Below, one piece after another: positions 17,309-32,793 of a stretch of DNA of 64,000 bases. The notes beneath the pieces are model-generated. The model was not told the origin of the DNA. It did no database searches and worked only from the letters and a program-made list of their open reading frames with translations. Each line of letters starts with the position of its first letter. The stretch's first letter is position 1. Both the position numbers and the translations under genes were made by a program. This stretch comes from the human T2T-CHM13v2.0 reference genome, Homo sapiens, in assembly GCF_009914755.1 (NCBI RefSeq), contig NC_060933.1. The stretch is one strand, 5' to 3'.

Positions 17309-17443
17309 CTAATGCACGCGGGGCTTAAAACCTAGATGACGAGTTGATAGGTGCATCAAACCACCATGGCACATGTATACCTATGTAAGAAACCTGCATG
17401 TTCTGCACATGTATCCCGGAACTTAAAGTAAAATTTTAAAACA
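17309..17443 (+). mobile_element. L1PA 3' end fragment
   Basis: taatgcacgcggggcttaaaacctagatgac…gaacttaaagtaaaa. Confidence 0.9.
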
Positions 17444-17592
17444 GAAGGAAAGAAGGAAGGAAGGAAGGAAGGAAGGAGGGAGGGAGGGAGGGAGGGAGGG
17501 AAGGAAGGAGGGAAGGAAGGAAGGAAGGAAGGAAGGAAGGAAGGAAGGAAGGAAGGAAGGAAAGAAGGAAAGAAGGAAAGAAGGAAAGAAAA
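17444..17592. repeat. (GGAA)n/(GGGA)n polypurine microsatellite
   Basis: About 150 nt of pure purine, with 13 uninterrupted GGAA at 17511-17562. Confidence 0.97.
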
Positions 17593-18535
17593 CAAGGCAA
17601 TACCCAATACTGAATATGCATTGACTTCCCTAAGGATAAGCAAAGGAGAAAAATCTAAATCCACCAGGCAAATAGAACACATTGTGGTTCAGAAAAGGGG
17701 AAGATTCTAGAATCAGAGCAAATATTTACTTAAGAAATAGATATACTATATAAAAGAGAAAACTCTATTAACAGAAAATTTCTAGCTCATGTTCTTAAAA
17801 TTCCAGGGGACATAGTAGAATCTTTGCACATAGAGCAGGTAGCCATAGAAAGAAATATGAGACCAGAAAAGAGTCTGCGCTAACCAGAAAAGAAAATCTG
17901 AATTATGAACTTGAATAAAAGCAACCAATGAAGCAGAAAGTAGAATATTTTTAAAAAGCAAAAAATAAAATTAGTGATGCAAAAGATAAAACAGACTTCT
18001 CAGAGGTAGCTGGGGGAAGCTACGTGGGTAAAGATTTTAAAGCCTTCGTCTCCAAAACAGAATAGATGAATGAAAAGCAATAAAGGAGGAAAGAAGAAAC
18101 CATCAATGCTGAAACCTGGAAAGGACAAATTTATTCTAAAAACTTTAGAAAACTATTACAGATATACAACAATTTAGATAAAATGGGGAAATTTTTCAAA
18201 CTATGTATCATTCTTCAGAGAGCCCTATAGTCTGATATAAACAAAATAGAAGAAATTCCTGAAGCCCAAACCTGGAGGAACAAGATGAGATACAGGCAGT
18301 TCAGAGCTGAAGCTTGTCTTCTTTCTTATTATCTCTTCCGCCTATCAGAGCTAAATAGCATCTGAAGCCAGTCTTACATCATCTAAGGCCTGAGACGGAA
18401 AGATTTTTCTCTCTGGAATCTGAGCAGATGAATAGGTTTAACAATAGTAACATCGAGAAGAATATATTGCACTTATTCAAACAAAAACAGGATGCTTAAA
18501 AAGTGGTAATTCAAAATCTAAAAAAGTTTTTCCCA

Positions 18536-18900
18536 CAGAAATAGAGAGCAAAGTGGTGGTTACCAAAGGCTGGGGTGGTTGTGGGGAGAGGGAGTTGGGA
18601 AGATGTTGATCAAAGGATACATATTTACAGTTAGACAGGAGATCTATTGCAGTTAGGAGGAATAAGGTCAGATCTATCGTGTAGGACAGTGACTATAGAT
18701 AATGATGATACATGGTATTCTTGGAAAATGCCAAGGGAGTGGATGTTAACTGTTCTTACCGCAAACAAATGGTGGCTATGTGAGGTAATGCATTTGTTAA
18801 TTAGCTAGACTTAACCATTCCACAATATATATATACTCAAAACATCATATTGTGCATGATAAATACTTATAATTTTATATGTCAATTTTTAAGAATTCAA
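18536..18900 (+). mobile_element. L1MA 3' fragment within older L1M sequence
   Basis: gtggttaccaaaggctgggg…gatcaaaggatac…ggctatgtgaggtaatgc. Confidence 0.75.
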
Positions 18901-20115
18901 AAAAAATTCAGTAGACAGATTGGAATATAACTTTAAGGAATGTGCCCAAAATGTAGAGTTAAAAAAAAAAAAGTAAAGAAGACTAGAACAGTAAAAATGA
19001 GAAGGCTACAAAATGAGTCCAGCAGGTCTAATAGCCAAATAGAATTCCAGAATAAAAGAGTAAAGGAAATGGGGTGGAGTGAAGTCAAATGACTAACTCA
19101 AAATATTTCCTAAAACGTAAGGTCATAACTGTGTAGACTGTAAGGGCCCACTGAGTGCCTACCTGCCCATTTCATTTGATTTCAATATGCCCACATTAAA
19201 CACAGCATCTGTCATCATGAGTTGTGTTTTTTTAACTGTAAGGATATTAAAAAGGTCCTATAAAATATCAAAAAGCAGGTAGGGAAGCTCATAAGCAAAG
19301 GATTAGGAATCAGAAAGTCTCTGGACTTTTCAACAGCAACCCTGAAAGCTAGAAGACAATGAAGCAATGAGGAAGGCAGTTGACAACCTAGAATTCTATT
19401 GGCAGATGTTCTTCTGCAAAACAGGGAGGAAACTAAGAAAAAGACAGGCATGTGATACAGGAAACAGGAGTCCAATACAAGAGGGAGAAAAAAAGGAATT
19501 CCTGGCATAATTGTGAAGGGAAATCCTTGGGTGATAAGCAAAAAGACTCAAGAAGTAGTATATCAAGAGGAGATTTGGATAACCAAGAGCATTTAGGACT
19601 GAATGAGTAAAAAGCACATAGAAAACTAAGCAAACATCAAAAGAACAATTAGTTTAAATAGAACAAAAAATTTGCAGAAGAGGGAAAGGATTCATAGAAT
19701 TCTACATGGCTCAGGTATGAACAGCATTAACAAGGTCATCATCCTATTAACACTGAATAATGGCCTAGTCAAAATCATGACCTAACTATACTAAGAAAAG
19801 GAGGTTCAGGATGGGAGTATGTGAATGGTACACTTTGCACATGGTACATCTATAAATATTCCAAACTAGTAAGATAAAAAGAAATAAAAACCTTAGAATT
19901 CCACATAGCACATATTTCAAAACATATCATTCACAATTTTAAAAATTTTCAAAAAGAAGTTAAAAAAAATCTTACAGATTAAATGCAAATATCAAATGAG
20001 GCTGCCAAAACAACTGAAAGTGGTAGCTCTGGGGAAGGTAAAATTGTAGGAAGCAAGCAAGGACTCCTCTTTCCTGGCAAGCCTCAGAGCTATTTGACAC
20101 TTTAAATTACATACA

Positions 20116-20590
20116 TCCTGTCATTTGCAGCAACACGGGTGAGCCTGGAGGACTGCATGTTAAGCGAAGTAAGTCAGGCACAGAAAGATAAATACTGCAA
20201 TGTTCTCGCTCCTATGTGGGAGCTAAAAAAGTTGATCCCACAGAAGTAGAGAGTAGGATAGTGCTTACTAGATACCAGGAAGCCTAGGGGACAGGGAGGG
20301 ATAGGGAGAGTTTGGTTAATGGATGTACAAAGTTATACCTAGATAGCAAAAATAAGTTCTAGTGTTCTATAGATCTGAAGAGTGACTTATAGCAAACAAC
20401 AATTTATTGTATTTTTTCAAATAGCTAGAAGAGAGGACTTTGACTGTTACCCGTATAAAGAAATGATGAAGGTTTGAGGTGATGGATATGTTAATTGCCT
20501 TAATTTGATCATTACACATTGTATATACATGTATCAAAATATCACACTGTATCCCATAAATATGTACAAATGTATATCAATTAAAATGAA
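20116..20590 (+). mobile_element. L1MA 3' end
   Basis: atcctgtcatttgcagcaacac…aggcacagaaagataaatac…atcccataaatatgtac. Confidence 0.85.
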
Positions 20591-20904
20591 TATATTTAAA
20601 GATAATATAGAGGAACAAATCCCAAGCATCATTTAATTTCTTCTGTAAATAACTCAGCATAATACATATGCTGTAAGTAACTTTATGTTTACATATTTAG
20701 CTGTTTTGTCCTTAAAAGAACTCTTTTATAAGGAAACTACCTTACCATCATCACAGTTAAAAAATTAATCAGAGGTACTTGATATCATCAAATATTCGGT
20801 AAGTTCACAATCCCCTGATTTTCTTATAACTTTTAACAGTTTGGTTGGTTGAGTCAGAATTCAAATAAAGCACATACATTTCTTTTTTTAAGAAAAGGAG
20901 GAAG

Positions 20905-21170
20905 AGAGGCAGTGCTGCATAGTAGTTACAAGTACAGTACGCTAGGGAATCCAACTGCCTAGGTTCAAATCCTTGTCCTGCCAGTATGACCTTGGGCAGG
21001 TTATGTCATGTCTCCTTGCCTCAGATTTCTCCTCTGTAAAATGGGTATAATAATAGTAAGGCTGCCACATATGACTATAAGAATTGAATTGATTAATGTA
21101 CCTAAGACACCTGGAGTAATACTTATCATACTGTGAACAATATAGTGAACATGGTAAAAGTGATAGCTAA
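20905..21170 (+). mobile_element. MIR
   Basis: ggttcaaatcc…gaccttgggcaggtta…ctgtaaaatgggtataataatagta. Confidence 0.8.
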
Positions 21171-21411
21171 CATTGTTTGCCAAATAAAGTATCTACCTAT
21201 ACATTTTTAAATTATAAACATTTACAAGTTTGATTTTAAAATTTTTTAAGGAAATAAAAAAAAATCACTGCAGAAACTAAAAATTTAAAACTACAAAAGA
21301 CAGAAGTGCCACTGCAGAAAACCAAGTTGGTGCCATGGAAGTCTGGCTTGGGAAAAAGTACATGTGCTTACAATAATGGAATTTACTAGATTAATTAGAA
21401 ATTATGGACAT

Positions 21412-22315
21412 ACAGAATCTACAAATAAACAAATTTACAAGAAGAAAACAACCTCATCAAAAAGTAGGCAAAGGATATGAACAGACACTTCTCAAAAGAA
21501 GACATTTATGCAGCCAACAAACTTATGAAAAAATGTTCATCATCACTGCTCGTTACAGAAATGCAAATCAAAACCACAATGAGATACCATCTCACATCAT
21601 TTAGAATGGCGAGCATTAAAAAGTCAGGAATCAACAGATGCTGGAGAGGATGTGGGGAAAATAGGAATGCTTTTACAGTGTTGGTAGGAGTGTAAATTAG
21701 TTCAACCATTGTGGAACACAGTGTGGCAACTCCTCAAGGATCTAGAACTAGAAATACCATTTGACTCAGCCATCCCATTACTGGGTATACACCTAAAAGA
21801 TTATAAATCATTCTACTATAAAGACACATACACACATATGTTTACTGCAGCATTGTTCACAATAGCAAAGACTTGGAACCAACCCAAATGCACATCAAAT
21901 GATAGACTGAATAAAGAAAATGTGGTACATATACACCATGGAATACTATGCAGCCATAAAAATGGATGAGTTTATGTCCTTTTCAGGGACATGGATGAAA
22001 CTGGAAACCATCATTCTCAGCAAAGTAACACAAGAAGAGAAAACCAAACACCACATATTCTCACTCATAAGTGGGAGTTGAACAATAAGAACACATGGAC
22101 ACAGGGAGGGGAACATCACACACTGGGGCCTGTCAGGGGGTGATGGACTAGGGGAGGGATAGCATTAGGAGAAATACCTAATGTAAATGACGAGTTGATG
22201 GATGCAGCAAACCAACATGGCACATGTATACTTATGTAACAAACCTGCATGTTGTGCACATGTACCCCAGAACTTAAAGTATAATAATAAAAAATAAAAA
22301 TAAAAAAATTTAAAA
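21412..22315 (+). mobile_element. L1PA (about PA6-PA7) ORF2 end and 3'UTR
   Basis: ORF2 remnants ([14 protein letters not shown]…) with an A-rich tail and TSD agaaattatgga(c/t)a. Confidence 0.93.
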
Positions 22316-22424
22316 AGAAATTATGGATATAAATCGCAGGACATAAAGATTCAACATAATCGGCATACTTGACAAAAATAAGTGGAACAGAAGTTACTTA
22401 GCAATAAAAGTAAACTTTCCTAAC

Positions 22425-22513
22425 TCCTACAACTCAAAATCAAAAACAACAAACCAACAAACAACTTAAAAATTGGGCAAAAGACTTGAGTAGACACTTC
22501 TACAAAAATGTAT

Positions 22514-22559
<46 letters not shown>

Positions 22560-23333
22560 CCAAACATGAAGAGATGCTCAACATCACTAATCATCAGTAA
22601 AATGCAAATGCAAATCAAAATAGTAAGATAACATCTGACACCCATTAAGATAGCCATTATCAAAAAAAGAAAAGAAGTATTAGCAAGGATGTGAACAAAC
22701 TGGAACCCAGCACTGCTGGTGGGACCAAAAATGGTACAATCACTATGGAAAACAGTATAGAGGTTCCTCAAAAAAATTAAAATAGGATTACCATATGATT
22801 TAGCAATCCCACCTCTGGGTATATATCCAAAATAACTGTTAATGATCTTTCAAAGAGATATTTGTATACCCATGTTTGTAGCAGCACTATCTACAAGAGC
22901 CAAGAGGTAGAAGCAACCCAAGTTTTCAACAACAGATGAACAGACATAAACTAAATTGGTATATACATACAATGGCTTATCATCCAGCCTTCAAAAGGAT
23001 ATTCTGGCATATGCTATGACATGGATGAACCCTGAAGACATTATGCTAAGTGAAATAAGCCAGTCAAAAAAGGACAAATACTCCACATATATAAGGTAGC
23101 TAATAGTCAAATTAATAGAGACAAAGTACAGTAGTACTTGCCAGGGACTGGGGGAGAGGGATGAATGAGAAATTGCTGTGTAATGGGTACGGGGTTTCAG
23201 TTTTACAAGACGAAAAGAGTTCTGGAGATTGGTTGCACAACAGTCTGAATATACTTAACACTACTGAACTGTACATTTAAATGGTTAAGAGGGTAAATTT
23301 TATGTTATGTGTATTTTACCATAATTTAAAAAA
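22425..23333 (+). mobile_element. L1MB 3' portion with an internal (CA)n at about 22515-22557
   Basis: Degenerate ORF2 end and L1MB-type 3'UTR (…ctgaactgtacatttaaatggttaag…). Confidence 0.85.
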
Positions 23334-23611
23334 GTGTGACAAATTCCAGGAAAACTATGAAGTAAATGATAAGTGCAAAACAGGTTTAAGTTAATAAGCT
23401 TTAAAAATTAAAAGAAATCCCATTAAAAAAATCAAATGGGGAAAATAAATCAAATCATAATGGGAAAAAAATGGGCTGGACACAGCCATTAACCTCACCC
23501 CAACAAATAAGATGAAGGAATAAATTTCAAGATTTTGTCAGAAATATGGAACGACTCAAAAATTCTACAGCCAATCAAGCCTTTGTTTACCTGCAATAAC
23601 AAAAACAAGCC

Positions 23612-24282
23612 ACTTTTAATATTTTTATTTTTAATTTTTGTGGGTACATAGTAGGTGTATATATTTGTGGGGTATATGGGATATTCTGATGCAGGCATGC
23701 AATATGTAATAGTCACATCATGGTAAATGGGTACGCATCACCTCAAGCACTTATCCTTTCTTTGTGTTACAAACAATCCAATAATCCAACTATACTCTTT
23801 TAACTATTATAAAATGTACAATAAATTTACCCTGTTATGCTACCAAATACTAGATCTTATTCATTCTATTTAACTATATTTCTGTACCCATTAACCAACC
23901 CACCTTCCTAGCCCCTCGTAACTATCCTTCTATTCTCTGTCTCCATATGTTCAATTAATTTTTTTAGTTCCTACAAATAAGAACATGCAAAGTTTATCTG
24001 TGACTAGCTTACTTCACTTAACACAGTGACCTCCAGTTCCATCCATGTTGTTGCAAATGACAAGATCTTATTCCTTTTCTGGCTGAATAATACTCCATTG
24101 TGTATAAGTACCACATTTTCTTTATCCATTTTTCTGTTAATGGACACTTAGGCTGCTTCCAAATCTTGGCTATTGTGAACAGTGCTGCAATAAACATGAG
24201 AGTGAAGATACCTCTTCAATATGCTGATTTTCTTTCTTTTGGGTATATACTTAGCAGTGAGATTGCTGGATCATATGGTATA
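23612..24282 (-). mobile_element. L1MA 3' end, antisense
   Basis: tttttgtgggtacatagtagg…ccagttccatccatgttgttgcaaatgac…gattgctggatcatatggta. Confidence 0.88.
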
Positions 24283-26039
24283 ATTAAGATATATTTCTCC
24301 CTGAAAAATTTGTTCAAACACATAATACAACTACTCATATGACAAATCAAAATAATGTGCTCAGGAAACCTTTGGCAAGAGCAGCTTGTCAATCCAGATA
24401 AGCACAGAATACCTGTGATAGTAACGGTGACAAAAAAAAAAGAATGCAGTTTTAACTAATAGGAAAAAAAAAAAGCTATACAGTTGAAATACGTGTAACT
24501 AATAAGCTAAGATGAAAACTCCAGAAAATCACAAGAAAAAGGAGAACATTCTTCACCTTTTGAGAAAGGAGCCAATCAATACTGTTTCATTTCTAAAGTT
24601 GATAAAATCAGAATTTCCGTTTTAAAGAATCAAAAAGAAAAAGGAAAGGGGAAAACAGGATGACAGAGACATGGCCATGCTAAACTTTTTATCTGGGTTA
24701 CTTATCCCTACCACTGACTCTACCCCCTTCACTGACAGTGAAGCAAATGGTTCAGCTGGGATGAAGGAGGCTATGGGTTCATTTGCTTCACATGCAGATT
24801 CAGAACAAAGAAATCAGAAATGCATTTGAGAAACCAAATGACTACCTTATGTTTTGTTTTAAAATACCATCGCCACCTGTGGCTACAGGCTGCTTTCCTC
24901 TCTCTGTGGCTACTTTCCTCTCTTCCTCAAAGTGTCAGCCCTAAGATCTTGCTTCAGTGTACTCACAGGATACAATATATTTCATGTTCATAAATCCTTT
25001 TCCACAAATAAGATCAGTCTTTTCATTTGCTTCTCCAGCTTTTCAATTAGATCTTTTATTTTCAAATTGGTCTAAAAGTCTATCATTTTTTCTACAGGGC
25101 ACAGAGCTAACGCATTCCAAGGAAGAAATACAACTAGCCCATCCTGCGCACACTGACTGCAGAGAGAGAAACACAATTAACACAATTGCGCCTTTTTACA
25201 TGTATTTTATCAGGTCATGATGGGCCAGGTCAGGTATTCTAGAAGCTGGAGAAACTGGCCAAAACTTATATAAGTAAACACTGTCTTAATTTCAAAGACT
25301 GTATTCCCAGCTGTATAGTTTTCACTTTAGAAGTGGTCCTGATGGAGAGGAATGCTATCCTGACACTTACCAAAATAACCAAGAATTGTAAAATTCAAAT
25401 TATGGAGATTACTATCTTAGAATAAGTGTCACTATGAAGGCAAAGGATATATTGGCCAAACTGTTTAGCCTCAAGGTCAAGCTAGTTTGTGTTACAATGC
25501 TTAGAAAATGGGAGAAAATCTCTACTTAGAAGTAGTAAATCAGGAAAGGCCTGGAACTACAGATTTCTGAGTTGGAGAAAATTGAGCTCAAGGGAGTGTG
25601 ATCACTCATGAAGACAGAGAGCAAGAAGAGAAGGAATGAGATCTACATTTTAAGGGGAAATGAGGAGGATTCCACAAAGAAGACTGAAAAAAATCCTCTT
25701 GAAAAGTAGAACTCTACTCTGGGTAAGAGACAGACTTCATTCTGCCCTGTTTCTTTCCAGAGTCATCTAAACTCTTGATCTTCTTTGTGTGTGCATGCCA
25801 TGACCCTCAGCCATTTGCATAGGGACCTAGAGCAATGCAGATATAAATTTGAATTAGGATTTCCACTTACAGGAGAAGCACCCTATAGGGTGGATACATT
25901 TCTACTGAGGGCGCCACTGTGCCAAGCTGGGGTGTTTTCAGTCCGTAGTTTTCAGAACAAGGACAATTACAACCTCTATAACCAAGCTTCGGGCAGGCTA
26001 GACTCTTCCAACCACAGATGAGTCTTGAAAAATATTTCA

Positions 26040-26230
<191 letters not shown>

Positions 26231-27054
26231 AAGTTAACTATTCTAAAAAAAAAAAGTAATTCCCAAATGGCCTAAAATAGAAGGAATGTGAATATATGAA
26301 GTGAAGGGAAGAAAATTAGGGAAGAAAAGAGACCAATGGGGGTGGAAACAAAGTGTCGAAATAGCTAGTCAGAATATAGAAGTCTGTGGCTGTGGTAAGT
26401 AAAGTGATTCAGCCCTGAATAACAGTGTTCAACAGCAGAGAGTTCTCTTAACAGAGACATCTTCCATTATTTAAGGTTTCAAGTAGCTTAAAATTCAAGC
26501 ACCTTTGGGAGAATGAATCAAAATCAATACTGAGTGCTTGAATGATTGTGATTTAAAACTGCCTCAACATAAGAAAGTTATCCTTGAAAGATGGTTTTCT
26601 GATGTGTTTGTATACAAAGTAGGAAAATAGGCGCTCAAATGTATTTCTGGTATAGGTGAAACTGTTGTAACCTTTCTGGAATGCTAATATTAGGGAAATG
26701 TGTGTATATGCATGGTTTCCATCAAGATCCTAAAAAGTGTGCTGAATCAGAAGGCATGTAACTCCACCACTAGGAATTTATACTATGGGAAAAATATAAA
26801 GGACAAAGAATTTGCTACAAGGATGCTTAATGCAATATCATGTATGATAGGATAATTTTAGGAACAATGTAAGCATCCAGTAATACAGTACTTGGCAACC
26901 TTGTTATTAAAACTACATTTACATGCAATTCAACTATTATATATCTATTCAATTATTATGTTTATTCTATATAATATATTGCATATATAATAGGTATTAT
27001 ATTCAATTGTATAATACATATGTTTATATAATATATATGTTTATATAATATTTC

Positions 27055-27302
27055 AACTCCCAATAATTTCATCTCCAGTGCCACCAATAACACTCCCTAC
27101 TCCCTGGCCCCCTACTCACGAAATTATTCTTTAAAAACTTCAGTCTCCAAATTTGGGGGGAGACTGATTTGAGTAATAAAACTCCAGTCACCCATTCAGC
27201 TGGCTCTACATGAATTAAACTCTTTCGCTATTGCAAGTCTCCTGTCTTGATAAATCAGTTCCACCTGGGGAGTAGGTAAGGAGAACCCATTGGGCAGTTA
27301 CA
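27055..27302 (+). mobile_element. ERV1 LTR 3' half (LTR8-like)
   Basis: gagactgatttgagtaataaaactcc…gaacccattgggcagttaca terminus. Confidence 0.75.
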
Positions 27303-27304
27303 CC

Positions 27305-27468
27305 ACAGACAGCCCTGTGGAACCTACATGTATATATATATATATATATAAAGTTGGCCCTCCATACCTGTGGGGTTCGCATACCATGAATACTATATTT
27401 CTGATCTGCATTTGGTTGGAAAAAAATATGCATATAAATGGATCTGCATTGTTCGTGGGTCAACTGTA
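27305..27468 (-). mobile_element. MER8/Tigger DNA transposon fragment
   Basis: Ends in gggtcaactgta (reverse of the Tigger TIR cagttgaccc plus TA). Confidence 0.65.
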
Positions 27469-28895
27469 CACGTAACTGGAGTCCCCAAAGCAAAAAGGGA
27501 GAGTGAAAAAACAAGGCTAAAAATAAACACTATAAACCCACAGACTCAACAAGCTCAATGAAGCATGAGCACAGGAAACAAAGAAAAATGCACAATCAAA
27601 TTTACAAAACCATAACAATAAAATCTTTAAAGTTACTGGATTAAAGAAAAAAAAAGACACCTAGAGAGGAACAAGGATAAGAATGACAGCAGATTTCTCA
27701 TCAGAAACAATCCAAGCAAAAAGACAGGTGATCAACATCTTTAAAATAATGGGAAGTGGGGGAACTATCAATCTAGAACTTTATACACATTAAAAAATGT
27801 TCAGAGGTGAAAGTAAAATAAAAACATTTTCAAACATACAAAAGGTGAAAGAATTCATCATAAGCAGACGTTGGACCATAAGAAATGTTAAAAAGAAGTT
27901 CATCAGACAGAAAGAAAATTATACCACATGAAAATATGGATCCTCATAAAGAAATGAAGGATACCAAAAATATTAATAGTAATAACATGGATAAATATAA
28001 AAACCATTTTATTATATAAGTATCTGAAAAATATAATTGAAAACAACTCATAGAAAGAAAAATATTTGCAAATCATAAGGGACTTGTATCCAGAATAAAG
28101 AACTCCTGCAATTCAATAATGAAGAGACAAGCTAATTTTAAAATGATTAAATATCTGAATAGATATTTTTCTAAGAAAACAGACAAATGGCTAACAAGAA
28201 TATGAAAAGACACTGGATATCCTTTAGCCATTAGGGAAACAAAAGCCAAATTCACACTTCATAACTACTAGGATGGCTATAATTTAAAAGACATAATAAC
28301 AAGTGTTGGTTAAGAATGTGGAGAAATTGGAACCCTTATACATTGCTGGTGGGAATATAAAAGGTGCAGCCACTGTGAAAATCTGGTAGTTCCTCAAAAT
28401 ATTAAATAGCATTTTCATATGATCCAGCAATTCCACTCCTAAGTATATGCCCAAAAGAACTGAAAATATATATCCACACAAAAACTTCTCCAAGAATATT
28501 CATAGAAGCATTACAGAATCATCAAAAAGTAGAAATAATCCAAATGTCTATCAACTGTTGAAAGGATAAAGTTAAATATGGTATTTTTAAACAATGGAAT
28601 ATTATTGAGCAGCAACAAAAAAAGAAAGAAAGATACATACTACAACATGCAGTATTGTGCATTTTTTTCTAAGTGAAAAGCCAATCAAAAAAGGCCACAA
28701 ATCTATAAGCCTGTTTACATGAAATGTCCAAGATAGGTAAATCTATGAGAAAGAAAGTAGATTCGTGTTTTTCAGGAGTTTGGAAGAGGATAAATAGGGA
28801 GTGATTGAAAACAAATATGAGGTTTCTCTTGGAATGATAAACATTTTCTGAGCTTGATTGGAGTGATGATTGCACATTATCTATCTATCTATCTG

Positions 28896-29000
28896 GAGAC
28901 AAGGACTGGCTCTGTTGCCCAGGCTGGCCTTAAACTCCTGTGCTCAAGTGATCCTGTCTCTGCCTCCTGAATAGCTGGGAATACAGGCACATGCCACTGC
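28896..29000 (-). mobile_element. FLAM fragment
   Basis: gagacaagg…ctgttgcccaggctggccttaaactcctg. Confidence 0.75.
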
Positions 29001-30873
29001 TGCAGAACTCTTAATATATCAAAAACTATTGAATTTTAAATGGCTGGCTTTTATGGTATTAAATTATACCTCAATAAAGTTGTTCTAAAAAGATAATGAA
29101 AATAACAATAGAGTTTATTACAAAAGTTTTAAAAAGCAGGGGAGTAAAGTAAGTATACTGTATTGTTGTGAGGTTCTTGTACTATACATAAAGGGGTACG
29201 ATGTCACTTAAAAGTTGCCTACAATAAATTAAAGCCTACTGCACACACTGAATCAACCACTAAAAATAAAATAAAGAATTATGGCTAACAATCCAACAAG
29301 AAGATAAAATGAAATCATAAAGTATACCAAATCCAAAAAATAGAACAAATGTGACAATAGACAAAAGCAAGATGATAGATTTAAACATAACCATATGAAA
29401 ACACATATATATACACTCATTAAATGTAAGTGGTCTAAACAACTCAATTAAAAGGCATAGATTATGAGACTGGATAAAAAAGCAAGACACAACTATATGC
29501 TCCCTACATGAACCATACTTTAAACATGAAGACACAAATAGATTAAAAGTAAAAGGATAAAAAAACGAAATACCCAGCTAACACTAAACAAAACAAAGCT
29601 GAAGTATCAATATTAAAATCTAACAGAGTAGATTAGTAGATTTTAGAGCAAAACATATTAGCAGGGATTTTAAAAAAAAAGGTTATTTCATAATGATAGA
29701 GTCTCTTTATCAAGATGACATAACAATCCTAAAAGTGTATGCATCTAATTACAGATTTTTGAAACATACGAAGTAAAAACGAGTAACTGGATAAATAAAC
29801 AAATCCACAAATATAGCCAGAGATAAATATGCCTCAGTCATTAATTGACAGAACAGAAAAAATCAGTAAGGATATAAGAGACATGAACAATACAAGTAGT
29901 CAACTTGATCTAATTTGACATTTTGAAAAGACTCAACCCAACACCAGACTACACATTCCTCTCAAGAACAAAAGAAATCTGTACCAATATAGACCATATT
30001 CTGGGCCATAAAACAAGTCTCAATAAATGTAAAAGAATTTGAGTCATAAAAAGTCTGTTCTCTGACCACACTTAAATTATCAATAACAGAATGATCTCTG
30101 GAAAATCATCAAATGCTGGAAACTAAGTAATGTATCTGTATATACCTTATAAATCAAAGAAGTCAAAGGAGGTAATTAAAAAATCTTTTGAATTGAATAT
30201 TTTGAACTAAATGAAGAGGAAAACAAAACATATCAAAATTTGTGGGATGTCACTAAACCAGTGCCAAAGAGGAAAACCATAGCATTAAACACCTATAATA
30301 GAAAAGAAGAAAAGTCTCAAATAAATGACCTCATCTTTTACCATCAAAAACTAGAAAAGGATAATTTAATTAAAATCAAAGTAAGCAGGAAAAAATAAAA
30401 TAGTAGATAATTATATAGAAACTATAAAACAAATCCAAAAGATGTTTCTTTAAGAACATCAATACAATTGCTAACGCTCTAACCAGATTAGTCGAGAAAA
30501 AAGGTGAGAAGATATAAATGACTAATAATAAAATTGAAAGAGGGGTCATTACTATTGTCCCTGTCAGAGACATTAAAAGTATAATAAATGATTAAGACAG
30601 TGTAGTATAGCATTTTCTCCACTTTTAAATATGAAGTCACAATTTTAAAATCATGGTGGAACTATTAGATATCCATAAGCAAAAATATAAACTGAAAAAA
30701 CCAACTGATTCATACCTCATACCATATACAAAAATTAACTGAAAAGGGTCATAAACCTAAATATAAAACTTAGAACCATAAAACTTCTAGAGGAAAACAT
30801 AAGAGAAAATCATTGTGTACTTTGCGTAAGCAAAGTTTCCTTAGATAAGATACCTGTGAGCCAAAGTAACAAA

Positions 30874-31670
<797 letters not shown>

Positions 31671-32793
31671 TTTTCTTTAGTCAAAATATCAAAAGCAGGA
31701 TCTATAAAGAACAAACAGAAAAACTGAACTTCATTTAAATTTACTTTTTAAAAGACATTGTTAAATAAATTAAATGGCAAGCCACAAACTGAGAGAAAAT
31801 ACTTTCAAAGTATATGTCCATAAGGAACTTGTATCCAAAGCATATAAGAAATTTCAAAATTCAAAAAGGGGCAAAAGATTGGGACAGTTTACCAAAGATA
31901 ATATACGGATGGCAGATAAGCATAGAAGAGCAATTAGGAAAAATGCAAATTAAAACCACAATGAAACACCACTACATGACTATTAGAATGGATAAAATTG
32001 AAAAAACCAACCATACCAAGTGTCAGTGAGGATTTAAAGAAGCTGCAACTCTCACACACTGATGTGGGAATGTAAGATAGAATCAGTCTGGAAAATAATC
32101 TGACAGTTTCTTTAAAAGTTAATTATCCAGTTCTGCCATTTAACTCCTAGGTATTTACCCAAGAGAAAATAAAGTAGTTGTCTATACAAAGACTTGAGCA
32201 CAAATGCTTCTAGTAGTTTTATCTGTAAATAGCCAAAAACTGGAAACAGCTCAAATGTCCATTCATAAATGAATGGACAAATTGTTATGTATCCATAAAA
32301 CAGAAGACTACCCAGCAATAAAAACAAATGAACTACTGGTATGTATAATACTATCTATCACTCTCAAAATAAGCCGAGTAAAATAAACCAGACAAAACAC
32401 AACACTTACTGTATGATTCCATTATATAAAACTGTAGAAAATGCAAACTAATTTATAGTGACCAAAAGCAATTAAGTGGTTGCCTGGGAGTATAAGAGCA
32501 GAATGACATGAGGGAAGGATTTCAAACAACAGGAGAAAAGCTGAGGAGTGTTGGATATGTTCACCATCTTCATTGCAGTGATAATTTCGAGAGTATATGC
32601 ATACGTCAAAACAAATCAAATTGTATACTTTAAATATATGTAGTCTATGTTATCAATGAAAAAATTAAAAGAAAGCATAAGTCTTAAAGAAAAACGCTAT
32701 TTTACAACTTTTTAAAATGTAATATTTAAAGAACATTCTCCTTAAATGGAAAACTCTGGCATACAAGAAAATATGACCACTAACCACAAACTA

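Noticed and set aside
24868-24886. CTCF-like sequence cgccacctgtggc
   Set aside because: The core matches but the 5' part is one base out of register with the consensus. It cannot be supported without ChIP data.
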